A stretch of DNA of 32,000 nucleotides from Pirellula staleyi DSM 6068. GTDB taxonomy: Bacteria > Planctomycetota > Planctomycetia > Pirellulales > Pirellulaceae. The notes under the pieces are model-generated. The model had not been told where the DNA came from. It searched no databases and worked only from the letters and a program-made list of their open reading frames with translations. Every line of letters begins with the position of its first letter. The stretch's first letter is position 1. Both the position numbers and the translations under genes were made by a program. This document shows positions 9,515 to 18,605 of this stretch, piece by piece. The DNA lies in contig CP001848.1 of the NCBI GenBank assembly GCA_000025185.1, positions 4,230,001-4,262,000 of the forward strand, given 5' to 3'.

Positions 9515-9862
9515 GAGGGATCCTTCCCTGGATAGCGTGGCGCTTACGTAGGTCCTCTACGTAGCCTTAAAGTTGGAGCGTAAGTTAGTTCAGATGAATG
9601 CTATCGCTCAATATCAAAACGGCCCGTTTGCTCGCCGGACGTCTAAAATTCACGAAGTTGCTAGAGGTCTGCTAGCGGCCGGGAAGTCCTTTGGCTTGCA
9701 TAAGCTTAGGTAAATCGTGCATGGAAGTTGCGAGATTGATCTACGCGAGATCGGTAGCGCTCTGTAGACTTGTCACCAATCTAAGACACGACTGCTGGCA
9801 CACCCTTGGTAGCTAGCAGCGGGTAATGGTGGAAAGACTTGCGTCCAGGGAGGGAAGCGAGC

Positions 9863-11461
9863 ATGAACGAGCCCGTGCGAAGTTTGCGTCGATTGAGCGT
9901 GGCGATTGTTGCCCGAAATGCGGCAGCTATCATCGAGCGAACGATTCTGTCGGCCCATCGAGTGGCAAGTGAAGTGCTTGTGGTGGATGCTGGCTCCACC
10001 GACGACACCGTGGCGATTGCTCGCACGCACGGCTGTTTGGTCCACCTGCACGAATGGGAAGATAGCTTCGCCGAAGCGCGAAATGCCGCACTGCGACTTG
10101 TCAGTGGCGACTGGATTTTGTGGCTCGATGCGGGCGAGACGATAGAAGAAGCGACAGCCGAACAACTTGTGCCGTTTGTGAAGCAATTTGCTGCGATCGA
10201 CCGCGTCTATCAGTTGCCCGTGGTTGTTCCTGCAGAGCCCGGTTTGGTGGGTGGTGAGCAGATTTATCGCGTACGGCTTCATCCGCGACGTCCGGGAATG
10301 CAGTTTCAGTCGCGCGTGCGGGAAGTGCTCGACAAATCCCTGTTTGCTTTTGGGATGAGCGTGGAATCGCTTCCATTGCCGATTCAGCGAGGAATCGAAG
10401 ATCACGATTTTGAAGTGAAAGCAGCGAAGGCTCGCCGCAATATTAAACTGGCCGATTTGCAGCTCACCGAGCGTGGTCCCTCGGCGGAAATGCACAATTG
10501 CCTGGGGGAAGCGTTCCAGTCGCTGGGAGAGACTGAGCGAGCACGCGTCCATTACGAACAAGCAACGCAGCTCGCCAAAGCGGGAACTCGCGAGCATCTG
10601 GAAGCTTACTACGGCCTGCTCACCGCGATCGATGGCGAGACCGATGATCGCGAGAAACAGCTGGCGCTCTGCATGCAGGGTGTCGAGCATTTTCCACTCG
10701 ATGCGCAGCTTTTGACGGCACTTGGCGGCTATTTGCAGTCGCTTGAGCAGCCTGAGCTGGCGATTCGGGCCTATACCCTGGCGTGGCGCAGTGGCCAGAT
10801 CGAACAAACTCTGTGGCATCTCCCCGACATTCAGCAGATTGCAGCCCACTGCGAGTCGATTTTGCTTTCCTCGCTCGGGCGGGTTGAAGAAGCGGTGCAG
10901 ATGCTCGAAGAAGCGCTTCGCCGGATGCCGGGCGCGCCACGACTGCTCAAACAACTGATTGAACTGCAAACGCGGCTCGGAAACTTCGAGGGAGCTATTC
11001 ACGCCGTCGATCAGCTTCCAGAGCCTGAATTCGACCGGGCTCGCTGGCAAAGTGCGGTGAGTGGACTCGCCTCGTTTTCGCAAGGAAACTGGATCACGGC
11101 CGATCTGCTGCTGACTGCGGCCTGCGAACAAGGGATCGCCGAGCCCCTCTTTTTGCGAACCTGGGTGGAATCCCGCATCCAGCGTGGGCTCCGTTCGGCT
11201 GCTCAGCAAGCTTTAGCCGTTTATCAGCAAGTGGCCCCCGCTCACGAGGCAATTGCAAGGCTCGCTGCGGCTGTTTCGATCCTCCCGCCAGATGTCCCGG
11301 CCGTAAGTCCGGCCAAAGAGCCAATTAAGCCCCTCTCGAAAGAGAATCGGCGATTCGATCGACCAGGACCGCTGGCAGCTCGAAAGCCAGCCCCCAAAAC
11401 AAGTTCGTCCGGTTCAGCGGCCGCATCAGCCGGGGAATCTAGCGAACCACCTGTAGGCTAG
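9863..11461 (+). CDS. GT2 glycosyltransferase with C-terminal TPR-like repeat region
   Basis: The N-terminus has LSVAIVARNAAAIIERTI, VVDAGSTDDT, FAEARNAAL and WILWLDAGE (GT2 DxD-like). The C-terminal ~330 aa are helical repeats with TPR-like A/L/G/Y spacing. ATG 9863 is preferred over TTG 9839 because AGGGAGGGAAG lies just upstream. Confidence 0.8.
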   Translation: MNEPVRSLRRLSVAIVARNAAAIIERTILSAHRVASEVLVVDAGSTDDTVAIARTHGCLVHLHEWEDSFAEARNAALRLVSGDWILWLDAGETIEEATAEQLVPFVKQFAAIDRVYQLPVVVPAEPGLVGGEQIYRVRLHPRRPGMQFQSRVREVLDKSLFAFGMSVESLPLPIQRGIEDHDFEVKAAKARRNIKLADLQLTERGPSAEMHNCLGEAFQSLGETERARVHYEQATQLAKAGTREHLEAYYGLLTAIDGETDDREKQLALCMQGVEHFPLDAQLLTALGGYLQSLEQPELAIRAYTLAWRSGQIEQTLWHLPDIQQIAAHCESILLSSLGRVEEAVQMLEEALRRMPGAPRLLKQLIELQTRLGNFEGAIHAVDQLPEPEFDRARWQSAVSGLASFSQGNWITADLLLTAACEQGIAEPLFLRTWVESRIQRGLRSAAQQALAVYQQVAPAHEAIARLAAAVSILPPDVPAVSPAKEPIKPLSKENRRFDRPGPLAARKPAPKTSSSGSAAASAGESSEPPVG

Positions 11462-11686
11462 GTTTCGCTGGAACAATCACTCCAATCGGACCCTGGACCA
11501 AAGCTGCTGGCGGTACGATTGGCAAATCCCTCACATTCGTTACCTCGGCGTCAGAAACTCGCCAAATCGCAAGGTTTTGCTAAAGCCCCAAAATTGACAC
11601 TTCCGGTCTAGGATATAGGTTTGATTTGTACGCAGCGTGCTTCCCGTCACCTGTGCACACCGAGAAGTCATTCTCACCCCGTGTGA

Positions 11687-11724
11687 GGCGGGGCCGATAT
11701 CCACAGTCGGCCTCGCCTTTTTTT
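11687..11724 (+). terminator. orphan rho-independent terminator (possible 3' end of a small RNA or a long 3' UTR)
   Basis: 11-bp stem: GGCGGGGCCGA (11687-11697) pairs with TCGGCCTCGCC (11707-11717), with one G-U pair. The loop is 9 nt and TTTTTTT follows (11718-11724). It lies 225 nt past the nearest co-directional stop codon. Confidence 0.7.
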
Positions 11725-12150
11725 GTTTCTTGGGAAGATTTCTCCGCCGCAGCCAATGTCGCTTCCAGCGTGAATCGATCGCTGCTATGGGCCCGCCAAT
11801 CGCTTGCTCTCGTGCGGCTACAGTCGCATTTTGGAATCGCTTCTGATTTTCTGTAAGCTTATACACAGAAAACGCTTGCGTTGATTTACAGGGAGCTGTT
11901 TCGCGCCCCAGTCTGGCCCTTCTGGTCATTTTTCGCCGCTGACTATTCCAGCCGCGCCAGTCCGTCGATTCCTGCCGAGGCTGTCCCCTATCAAAAATCG
12001 TCAAACTGCTCAAAAATAGAAGGTTTCGACGATGCTGCTGGCGGCCTGCTGATTACGTTTCCCAGATCGCCCTTTTGGGGGCGATCGAGCACCGCCCAAA
12101 ACGAGCCTCCCACGAACTTTCCCTTGGCGAACTTCCGGAGTTTTGAACTC

Positions 12151-12579
12151 ATGACGATTGATCCTGCTGATTGGAACGAAGAGAAAGCAGACGTGGTGAC
12201 CGGCGTCGATTGGGCGCGTAAGCAGGACTCGCTGGTGAGCATGGATGGAGACGACACCGGCGATTCGGGTGGCGATCTCGACGACTTCGATGAAGAAGAT
12301 TTTGATGACGAGTTCGACGACGATTTTGAAGACGAACTCGACGACGAGTACGATCTGTCGGATCTCGAAGTGACCGAAGAAGATCTTAAAGAAGATGTCG
12401 ATGTGACCGTGCTCGGCGGCGATTTTGTCGACGAAGACGAAGAGCCAGAAGAGCCGCTTGTTCCAGACGAGGAAGAGGCTCCTCCCGAAGAGAAAAAGGG
12501 GAAGTCCAAAGCGAAGCCCAAGGAAGAGGTCGAGGAAGAAGACGACGAAGATGATGACGACTTCGACGACGAAGACTAG
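12151..12579 (+). CDS. hyperacidic low-complexity protein (142 aa), function unknown
   Basis: ATG at 12151 with GGAG at 12137-12140. By my count 69 of 142 residues are Asp/Glu. Aromatic/Leu residues punctuate the acidic runs (DDFDEEDFDDEFDDDFEDELDDEYDL), and there is one short Lys-rich patch (KKGKSKAKPK). The track ORF's TTG-initiated extension from 11881 does not look like protein. Confidence 0.6.
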   Translation: MTIDPADWNEEKADVVTGVDWARKQDSLVSMDGDDTGDSGGDLDDFDEEDFDDEFDDDFEDELDDEYDLSDLEVTEEDLKEDVDVTVLGGDFVDEDEEPEEPLVPDEEEAPPEEKKGKSKAKPKEEVEEEDDEDDDDFDDED

Positions 12580-12691
12580 TCGCTGGTTGCACTTCGATGT
12601 CATCGAGCGCGAGTGTCGGGTGAACCTCGCGCTCTCGGATCGGCTCTCTGCTTAACGCTTTCGACAAATTTCTATTGGGACTTTGCAAGCG

Positions 12692-15600
12692 ATGTTTAAC
12701 AGTGTTCCCGCTAGTGCGCCGTTTCCAAAACTCGAACAAGAGGTTCTGCAGTTCTGGCGGGAAAACAAGATTTACGACGAGTCGCTCGAGCGCCGCAAAG
12801 ATGCCGAGCGTTTTGTCTTCTTCGAAGGGCCGCCGACAGCCAACGGCATGCCGCACCCAGGGCACTGCCTGACGCGCTCGATCAAGGATCTGTTTCCTCG
12901 CTATCAAACGATGCGAGGAAAACTGTGTGAGCGTAAAGCAGGCTGGGACACCCATGGACTTCCTGTCGAAGTGGAAGTCTGCAAAGAGATGGGGATCCAC
13001 TCGAAGGAAGAGATCGAAGCCTTTGGCATCGAGCCCTTTATTCATCGCTGCCAAGCGAGCGTTTGGCGCTACATGCAGCAGTGGGAAAAACTGACCGAAC
13101 GCCTCGGCTTTTGGATCAAACTCGACCAGGCCTACGTCACCTATCACCAGTCGTTCGTCGAATCGGTCTGGTGGTCGCTCAAGCAACTGTTCGATAACGG
13201 TCTTCTGTACCAAGGCCACAAGATCGTTTGGTGGTGGGCCCAAGGCGGGACCGCGCTATCGAGCGGCGAAGTAGGGCAGGGGTATCGCGAAGTCGCCGAC
13301 CCGAGCGTTTACGTCCTGTTTCCGCTGCTCGACGATGCCGGAAATCCCGAAGGAACGTCGCTCCTGGTTTGGACCACCACACCTTGGACACTCCCAAGCA
13401 ACCAGTTCGCTGCAGTCCATCCCGATTTGGATTACGTTGTCGCGCGTGATACCGAAACCGATCAGCGGATCATCCTTGCAGCAGCACTGGTTGAGACGAT
13501 CGCTGCGAAGTCCAAGCGTCCACTGGAAGTCGTCAAAACGCTCAAGGGGAGCGAACTCCTTGGCCGGCGCTATGTGCCACCTTATTCGTATTACTACAGC
13601 CAACTCGGCAGCACGACTGGCAAGCTCGTTGCAGGTGGCGAAGCCTCCATTGCATGGCGTGTGGTAGCTGCCGATTTCGTGACGACCGACAGCGGTAGTG
13701 GCGTCGTGCATCAAGCACCTGCCTTTGGCGAAGTCGACTTCGACGTGCTTGTAGCTGAAAAAGCGAAGTTCGTCGTCGGCGAAGGTCCTGAACTGATCTG
13801 CGCCGTCGGTCCGGATGGCAAGTTCACCGCAGAAGCGCCGACCTACCAAGGTCGCTGGGTGAAGGATTGCGACAAAGAAATTCAGCGTGAACTCAAGGCT
13901 GCTGGCTTGCTTTATCACCAAGAGCAATACCTGCACGACTATCCCTTCTGCTGGCGCGCCGACAACGATCCGCTGATCCAGTACCCACGTCGAAGCTGGT
14001 TCATTCGGACCACCAAGTTCCGCGACGAAATGCTCGCGAGCAACGAGAAAATCAACTGGCTTCCGGGGCATATCAAAGAAGGTCGCTTCGGCAACTTCCT
14101 CGAGAGCAATGTCGACTGGGCCCTTTCGCGCGAACGCTTCTGGGGCACTCCGCTGCCGATCTGGGTCTGCGAGACCACAGGCCAGATGCAGGCGATTGCC
14201 AGCTATGCCGAGCTCGAGCAAAAGCCTGGCGCGAGCGGCTTCGAAGCGTGGGCTAATGCCAAGCAAGCCAATCCCGAACTTGTCGAAGATCTGAAGGTGC
14301 ACAAGCCTTACATCGACAACATCACCTACGACTCGCCGTTTGCCACTGGCGCGAAGATGCGCCGCGTGAGCGAAGTGATCGACTGTTGGTACGACAGTGG
14401 CGCGATGCCATTCGCGCAGTGGGGCTATCCGCACAAGGGAGCCGCTGATTTTCAGCAGCAGTTTCCCGCTGACTTCATCAGCGAAGCAATCGATCAAACC
14501 CGAGGCTGGTTCTATAGCCAACTGGCGATCAGCACGATGCTGTTTGGCAAAGGTGGCGTGAGCGGCGAAGCACAGCCTCGCGAGTATCCGCATCCATTTA
14601 AGAACTGCATCGTGCTTGGACTGATGCTCGGCGAAGATGGCCAGAAGATGTCCAAGAGCAAGCGAAACTATCGCGAGCCCAACGAGATCTTTGATAAGTA
14701 CGGCGCTGATGCACTACGCTGGTATTTCTTTGCGAATCAGGCTCCCTGGACGAGCATTCGCTACAAAGAACAGTCGATCAAAGACAGCATCCCTGAGTTT
14801 CTGTTGCGACTCTGGAACTGCTATTCGTTCTTCGTGATCTACGCCAACATCGACGGCTTCGATCCCTCGAAATTGCTCGCCGATGTCGGTGATGGACAAC
14901 TCGATGCAGCCACGCTTGCCAAAGCCAAGCACTATCGCCCCATCGCCGAACGCGGTGAGCTCGATCGCTGGATCATGGGCGAGTTGCACAAGACTTCCGC
15001 CGACGTCACCAGGCTGATGGATCAGTACGACAACTTCGAAGCTTGCAAGCTTTTGAACGCCTTTGTCGACGGACTATCCAACTGGTTCGTACGTCGTTCG
15101 CGCGAACGTTTTTGGGCTGCCGATAAAACCTCGCCCGAAAAGCTCGACGCCTACTGGACCCTCTATGAGTGCCTGCTCACCACCGCGAAACTCATCGCGC
15201 CGTTCACGCCGTTCCTCGCGGAAACGCTGTGGCAGAACCTCGCGCGGTCAGTTAGCAGCGACGTCCTGAAAAGCGTGCATTTGTGCGATTTTCCTGAGGG
15301 AAATGCAGCGAATGTCGACTCGCTGCTGTCAGAACGAATGAAGCTCTTGCGCGAAATCGCGTCGCTCGGTCTTTCGGCTCGCATGGCGAACAAACTGAAG
15401 GTTCGTCAGCCTTTGTCGCGAGTGGAAGTGATTCTGAGCAACGCGACACATCAAGCGTGGCTCACCGAGCACGACGAACTTTTGCGCGACGAACTGAACG
15501 TCAAAACAATTGACTACGCCACCAAGGCTGACGAGTACATCACCTACCAAGTGCAGCCTAACTTCAAGCGACTCGGTCCCAAGATCGGCAAACTGCTCCC

Positions 15601-16069
15601 CGCCTGCAAAGCAGCGCTCGGTAATGCCGACGGGGCGACGCTCCTAGCGCAGTTGCAAGCCACCGGCAAAGTGGTACTCACTCTTGGCGGCGAGACACTC
15701 GAACTCGACAACGAAGATATCCAGGTCCGCTTACAAGCCAAAGAAGGCTGGGCTGCGGCTCAAGGCTCGGGCTGCGTGGTCGTCCTTTCGACCGAACTTA
15801 CCCCCGCGCTGATTCGCGAAGGTTATGCCCGAGACCTCGTGCGGCTGATTCAAGATCGTCGTAAAGAACTCGGGCTAGACTACAGCGATCGAATTGAAGT
15901 GGGAGTCGTTTCGAACTCGGAAGAACTAGCTTCAGCGGTTCTCGAGCACGCATCGTTCATCGCCAGCGAAACGCTTGCCACGCATGTCGGAACTTCCGCT
16001 CTCGATTGTGAAGCGGTCGAAACTGAACTCGGCGAGATTCCGATTTCGCTTTACGTTCGAAAAGTCTAG
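12692..16069 (+). CDS. ileS: isoleucine--tRNA ligase (type 2 / eukaryote-like class)
   Basis: HIGH-type motif PHPGH in [21 protein letters not shown] motif ([11 protein letters not shown]), a CP1 editing-domain-sized insertion, and total length ~1125 aa. There is no C-terminal Cys4 zinc cluster. ATG 12692 is preferred over TTG 12683. Confidence 0.95.
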   Translation: MFNSVPASAPFPKLEQEVLQFWRENKIYDESLERRKDAERFVFFEGPPTANGMPHPGHCLTRSIKDLFPRYQTMRGKLCERKAGWDTHGLPVEVEVCKEMGIHSKEEIEAFGIEPFIHRCQASVWRYMQQWEKLTERLGFWIKLDQAYVTYHQSFVESVWWSLKQLFDNGLLYQGHKIVWWWAQGGTALSSGEVGQGYREVADPSVYVLFPLLDDAGNPEGTSLLVWTTTPWTLPSNQFAAVHPDLDYVVARDTETDQRIILAAALVETIAAKSKRPLEVVKTLKGSELLGRRYVPPYSYYYSQLGSTTGKLVAGGEASIAWRVVAADFVTTDSGSGVVHQAPAFGEVDFDVLVAEKAKFVVGEGPELICAVGPDGKFTAEAPTYQGRWVKDCDKEIQRELKAAGLLYHQEQYLHDYPFCWRADNDPLIQYPRRSWFIRTTKFRDEMLASNEKINWLPGHIKEGRFGNFLESNVDWALSRERFWGTPLPIWVCETTGQMQAIASYAELEQKPGASGFEAWANAKQANPELVEDLKVHKPYIDNITYDSPFATGAKMRRVSEVIDCWYDSGAMPFAQWGYPHKGAADFQQQFPADFISEAIDQTRGWFYSQLAISTMLFGKGGVSGEAQPREYPHPFKNCIVLGLMLGEDGQKMSKSKRNYREPNEIFDKYGADALRWYFFANQAPWTSIRYKEQSIKDSIPEFLLRLWNCYSFFVIYANIDGFDPSKLLADVGDGQLDAATLAKAKHYRPIAERGELDRWIMGELHKTSADVTRLMDQYDNFEACKLLNAFVDGLSNWFVRRSRERFWAADKTSPEKLDAYWTLYECLLTTAKLIAPFTPFLAETLWQNLARSVSSDVLKSVHLCDFPEGNAANVDSLLSERMKLLREIASLGLSARMANKLKVRQPLSRVEVILSNATHQAWLTEHDELLRDELNVKTIDYATKADEYITYQVQPNFKRLGPKIGKLLPACKAALGNADGATLLAQLQATGKVVLTLGGETLELDNEDIQVRLQAKEGWAAAQGSGCVVVLSTELTPALIREGYARDLVRLIQDRRKELGLDYSDRIEVGVVSNSEELASAVLEHASFIASETLATHVGTSALDCEAVETELGEIPISLYVRKV

Positions 16070-16165
16070 CTTTGCACGTTCGCAAGAATACCACTCGAAT
16101 CTCCTCAGCAAGTGCTCGCTCGTTGCCTCGTACTTCCTCTCGTTTTCCTAACGAACTACTGAAGA

Positions 16166-16786
16166 ATGACTGACAAATTGCCCATCGCGGTGTTCATTTC
16201 GGGTGGTGGAACAACGCTGCGCAATTTGCTCGGGAGGATCGCCGAGGGAAAGCTCGAGATCGATATTCGTCTGGTGATCTCGAGTAGTCCTTCGGCCAAG
16301 GGGCTCGATTACGCCTCCGCCGCTGGCATCACGACACTGGTTGTAGAAAAGATTCCCGGCACCAAGGCCGAGGTTTATAGCGAACAGATGTTCGCCCCTT
16401 GCCGCGAAGCAGGGGTGAAGCTCGTCGCGATGGCCGGCTTTCTGAAGCACGTCCTGATTCCAGCCGACTTCGAAAATCGCGTCCTTAATATTCACCCCAG
16501 CCTCATTCCGTCGTTCTGCGGCAAGGGAATGTACGGCCCCAAGGTCCACCAGGCGGCGATTGCGTTTGGTGCGAAGATCAGTGGCTGTACGGTCCACTTT
16601 GTTGACAATCAGTACGACCACGGTCCGATTCTGCTTCAGCAAGCGGTTCCCGTGCTCCCCAGTGACACTGCCGACGACCTCGCCCATCGTGTTTTCGAAG
16701 CGGAGTGCGAGATTTATCCCGAGGCGATCAGCCTCGTGGCAGCAGGCCGCGTGAGTGTCGTAGGCCGCAAAGTCGTCGTCGTCTAG
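16166..16786 (+). CDS. purN: phosphoribosylglycinamide formyltransferase
   Basis: IAVFISGGGTTLRNL, NIHPSLIPSF, CTVHFVDNQYDHGPIL. Catalytic Asn/His/Asp context and ~205 aa length are typical of PurN. Confidence 0.9.
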   Translation: MTDKLPIAVFISGGGTTLRNLLGRIAEGKLEIDIRLVISSSPSAKGLDYASAAGITTLVVEKIPGTKAEVYSEQMFAPCREAGVKLVAMAGFLKHVLIPADFENRVLNIHPSLIPSFCGKGMYGPKVHQAAIAFGAKISGCTVHFVDNQYDHGPILLQQAVPVLPSDTADDLAHRVFEAECEIYPEAISLVAAGRVSVVGRKVVVV

Positions 16787-16982
16787 CTATTTAGCCCTCT
16801 TCTGCTATTCTCTCTTGCAGAAGTCGTTGGCACTATCTTGCCCATTTTCCACATGGGCCTTGCCTTTCACGCTCGCATCTTTGCGAATTCTTTCTAAGTG
16901 ACTGCTGTCAAACGGATTGCGCTGCAATAGCGAATCCTTCTAGGGGAACTCTTGCCCCAGAGTGCGCGTTAATTTTCAGCCT

Positions 16983-17000
16983 GTGATAGAAATCTTTCAC
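16983..17000. promoter_or_regulatory. imperfect palindrome GTGATAGAAATCTTTCAC upstream of the DeoR/BMC operon (candidate operator)
   Basis: 7 of 9 symmetric positions pair. It lies 65 nt upstream of the DeoR start. The half-site with flank, CTTTCACGC...ATCT, also occurs at 16864-16880. Confidence 0.25.
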
Positions 17001-17064
17001 GCATCTGCTTGATAACTACTACTCGTGCAGCCATAATTGGGAAAACTGCGCGGAGTTTACGCAC

Positions 17065-17868
17065 TTGATTCGCCAAACCACCACTGAAGATCGTCGCAAC
17101 CGACTGCTGGAGTTGATCCAGCAGCGCGGCTTTGCGTCGCTGCCCGACTTAGCCGGTCAGCTTCAGGTTTCGGAATCAACAGTCCGCCGTGACCTAGACT
17201 TTCTGGAAGAAACGGGCGTAGCTCAGCGGACTCACGGCGGTGTTTTCTATACCGGCCCGTCCCCCAAACTTGCCCATTTTGACCAGCGGCAGTCGACCCA
17301 TTGGGACAAGAAACGCCAGATTGCGGTGGCTGCGAGTCGCTTAGTTGAAGATGGCGACACACTGCTGCTGGACGGCGGAAGTACCACCTACGAACTAGCG
17401 CAACTCCTTGTGGGGCGACCGCTTCAGGTGGTTACCAATTCGCTACCAGTGGCCAATTTGTTTACCAGTAGTGACCGCGCCGACCTCGTGCTGATTGGTG
17501 GCTATGTCCACGCTCGCACTGGTGTTTCGCTCGGTCCCTACGCCAATCAGATGCTCAGCGGACTTTGCGTTCGCCGTGCGATCATCAGTGTGGCGGGCGT
17601 TAGCGAGCGAGGCTTCTTCAACAGCAACCTGCTGCTGGTAGAAACCGAGCGAGCCATGATGGGAGCCGCCGACGAAGTGATTGTCGTCGCTGATAGCACC
17701 AAGTTTGGTCACACCAGTCTCGCTCACCTTTGCAATTTGAACTTCATCGACACGCTCGTTACCGATCACGAAATCGATCCCACCTGGCAATCAGCCCTCG
17801 AAGAGCAGGGGGTCCGCGTGGTGATTGCCGAGCAGCCTCAAGAACAAACCAATTCGCCTTCGAGCTAA
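17065..17868 (+). CDS. DeoR/GlpR-family transcriptional regulator (sugar-phosphate sensing type)
   Basis: N-terminal HTH (RRNRLLELIQQRGFASLPDLAGQLQVSESTVRRDLDFLEE) and C-terminal DeoR-C effector domain (LLLDGGSTTYELAQLL, VVTNS). TTG start with GGAG 10 nt upstream. Only 29 nt separate it from pduL. Confidence 0.85.
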   Translation: MIRQTTTEDRRNRLLELIQQRGFASLPDLAGQLQVSESTVRRDLDFLEETGVAQRTHGGVFYTGPSPKLAHFDQRQSTHWDKKRQIAVAASRLVEDGDTLLLDGGSTTYELAQLLVGRPLQVVTNSLPVANLFTSSDRADLVLIGGYVHARTGVSLGPYANQMLSGLCVRRAIISVAGVSERGFFNSNLLLVETERAMMGAADEVIVVADSTKFGHTSLAHLCNLNFIDTLVTDHEIDPTWQSALEEQGVRVVIAEQPQEQTNSPSS

Positions 17869-17897
17869 TTCGTAAGCAGTAAGAGCACTACCTAATC

Positions 17898-18605
17898 ATG
17901 AGCAACCTTGCCACTCTCGATCGCGATACTGTCGAACGCATTGTGCGCCAGATCGTCCTCGGAGCCACCGCTGTTCCTTCCGCGAAAGCCGAAGCGCCGC
18001 GAACTCCGAAGCTGATCGTCAGCATCTCGGCCCGCCATTGCCATCTCACCGATGAGCACGTCGAAGTGCTGTTTGGCCCTGGACACAAACTCACGCCCGA
18101 CAAGAACCTCTACCAAGACGGTTTCTATGCCGCTGCCGAAACGGTGATGGTCGTCGGCCCACGTCGACGCATGCTACCGACCGTTCGCGTGCTTGGCCCA
18201 ACGCGTCCTTTCAGCCAAGTCGAACTCGCCTTCACCGACAGCATTTCGCTCGGCATCGATGCACCTGTTCGCCACAGCGGCAACATCAAGGGAACGCCGG
18301 GCTGTGTGCTTGTCGGACCCAAGGGTGTTGTCGAATTGACCGAAGGTGTCATTCGTGCTGCCCGTCACGTCCACATGAACCAAGAAGACGCCGCGTTCTA
18401 CGGCGTGAAGAACGGCGACTTCATGAAACTGCGAGTCGAATCGCCGCAGTGCAGCGTGGTGTTCGAAGACCTTCTGGTCCGCGCAGATAACACCAGCAAA
18501 CTCGAAGTCCACATCGATACCGACGAAGGCAACGCCTGCTATCTCGACTCGGCAACCAAGGTGGAACTCCTTCCACAAACCGAAGGTTGTAAGTGCAAAC
18601 ACTAG
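17898..18605 (+). CDS. pduL: phosphate acyltransferase PduL (BMC phosphotransacylase) with N-terminal encapsulation-peptide-like helix
   Basis: Two PduL repeats carry the ARH-x-H signature ([10 protein letters not shown] and [10 protein letters not shown]). The N-terminal [15 protein letters not shown] is followed by an A/P/S-rich linker. Confidence 0.9.
   Translation: MSNLATLDRDTVERIVRQIVLGATAVPSAKAEAPRTPKLIVSISARHCHLTDEHVEVLFGPGHKLTPDKNLYQDGFYAAAETVMVVGPRRRMLPTVRVLGPTRPFSQVELAFTDSISLGIDAPVRHSGNIKGTPGCVLVGPKGVVELTEGVIRAARHVHMNQEDAAFYGVKNGDFMKLRVESPQCSVVFEDLLVRADNTSKLEVHIDTDEGNACYLDSATKVELLPQTEGCKCKH

Noticed and set aside
9773-11209. 478-aa ORF on the minus strand. Similar long antisense ORFs lie at 3716..4717, 13256..14593, 12386..13243, 18174..19019, 23788..24585, 24931..25734, 26702..27274 and 28961..29464.
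   Set aside because: Each lies entirely antisense to a gene with clear family motifs. Their translations are R/H/C/F/W-rich with no recognisable motifs. Long open antisense frames are an expected by-product of GC-rich codon usage.
11594-11619. TTGACA ... TATAGG as a sigma-70 promoter for the candidate sRNA.
   Set aside because: It is not accepted as a feature. The spacer is 14 nt, below the 16-18 nt optimum, the -10 is poor, and planctomycete promoter consensus is not established. It is mentioned only as weak context in the finding.
11540-12013. 157-aa minus-strand ORF in the large intergenic region.
   Set aside because: It is extremely R/K/Q/T-rich with no motifs. It also overlaps the plus-strand terminator and hairpins. 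The region is treated as non-coding.
11881-12150. TTG-initiated 5' extension of the acidic-protein ORF (track ORF 11881..12579).
   Set aside because: The extension translates to non-protein-like sequence (FWSFFAADYSSRASPSIP...). The internal ATG at 12151 has a GGAG at proper spacing, and the acidic domain begins right there.
11462-12150. Possibility that the 690-bp gap encodes a known housekeeping RNA (RNase P, SRP/4.5S, tmRNA, 6S) or a tRNA.
   Set aside because: I could not find the conserved cores: GGAAAGTCCGG (RNase P), GGAAGCAGCC (SRP), or a T-arm GTTCGAATC/ACCA end (tmRNA/tRNA). An Rfam scan is still needed to exclude 6S or novel families.
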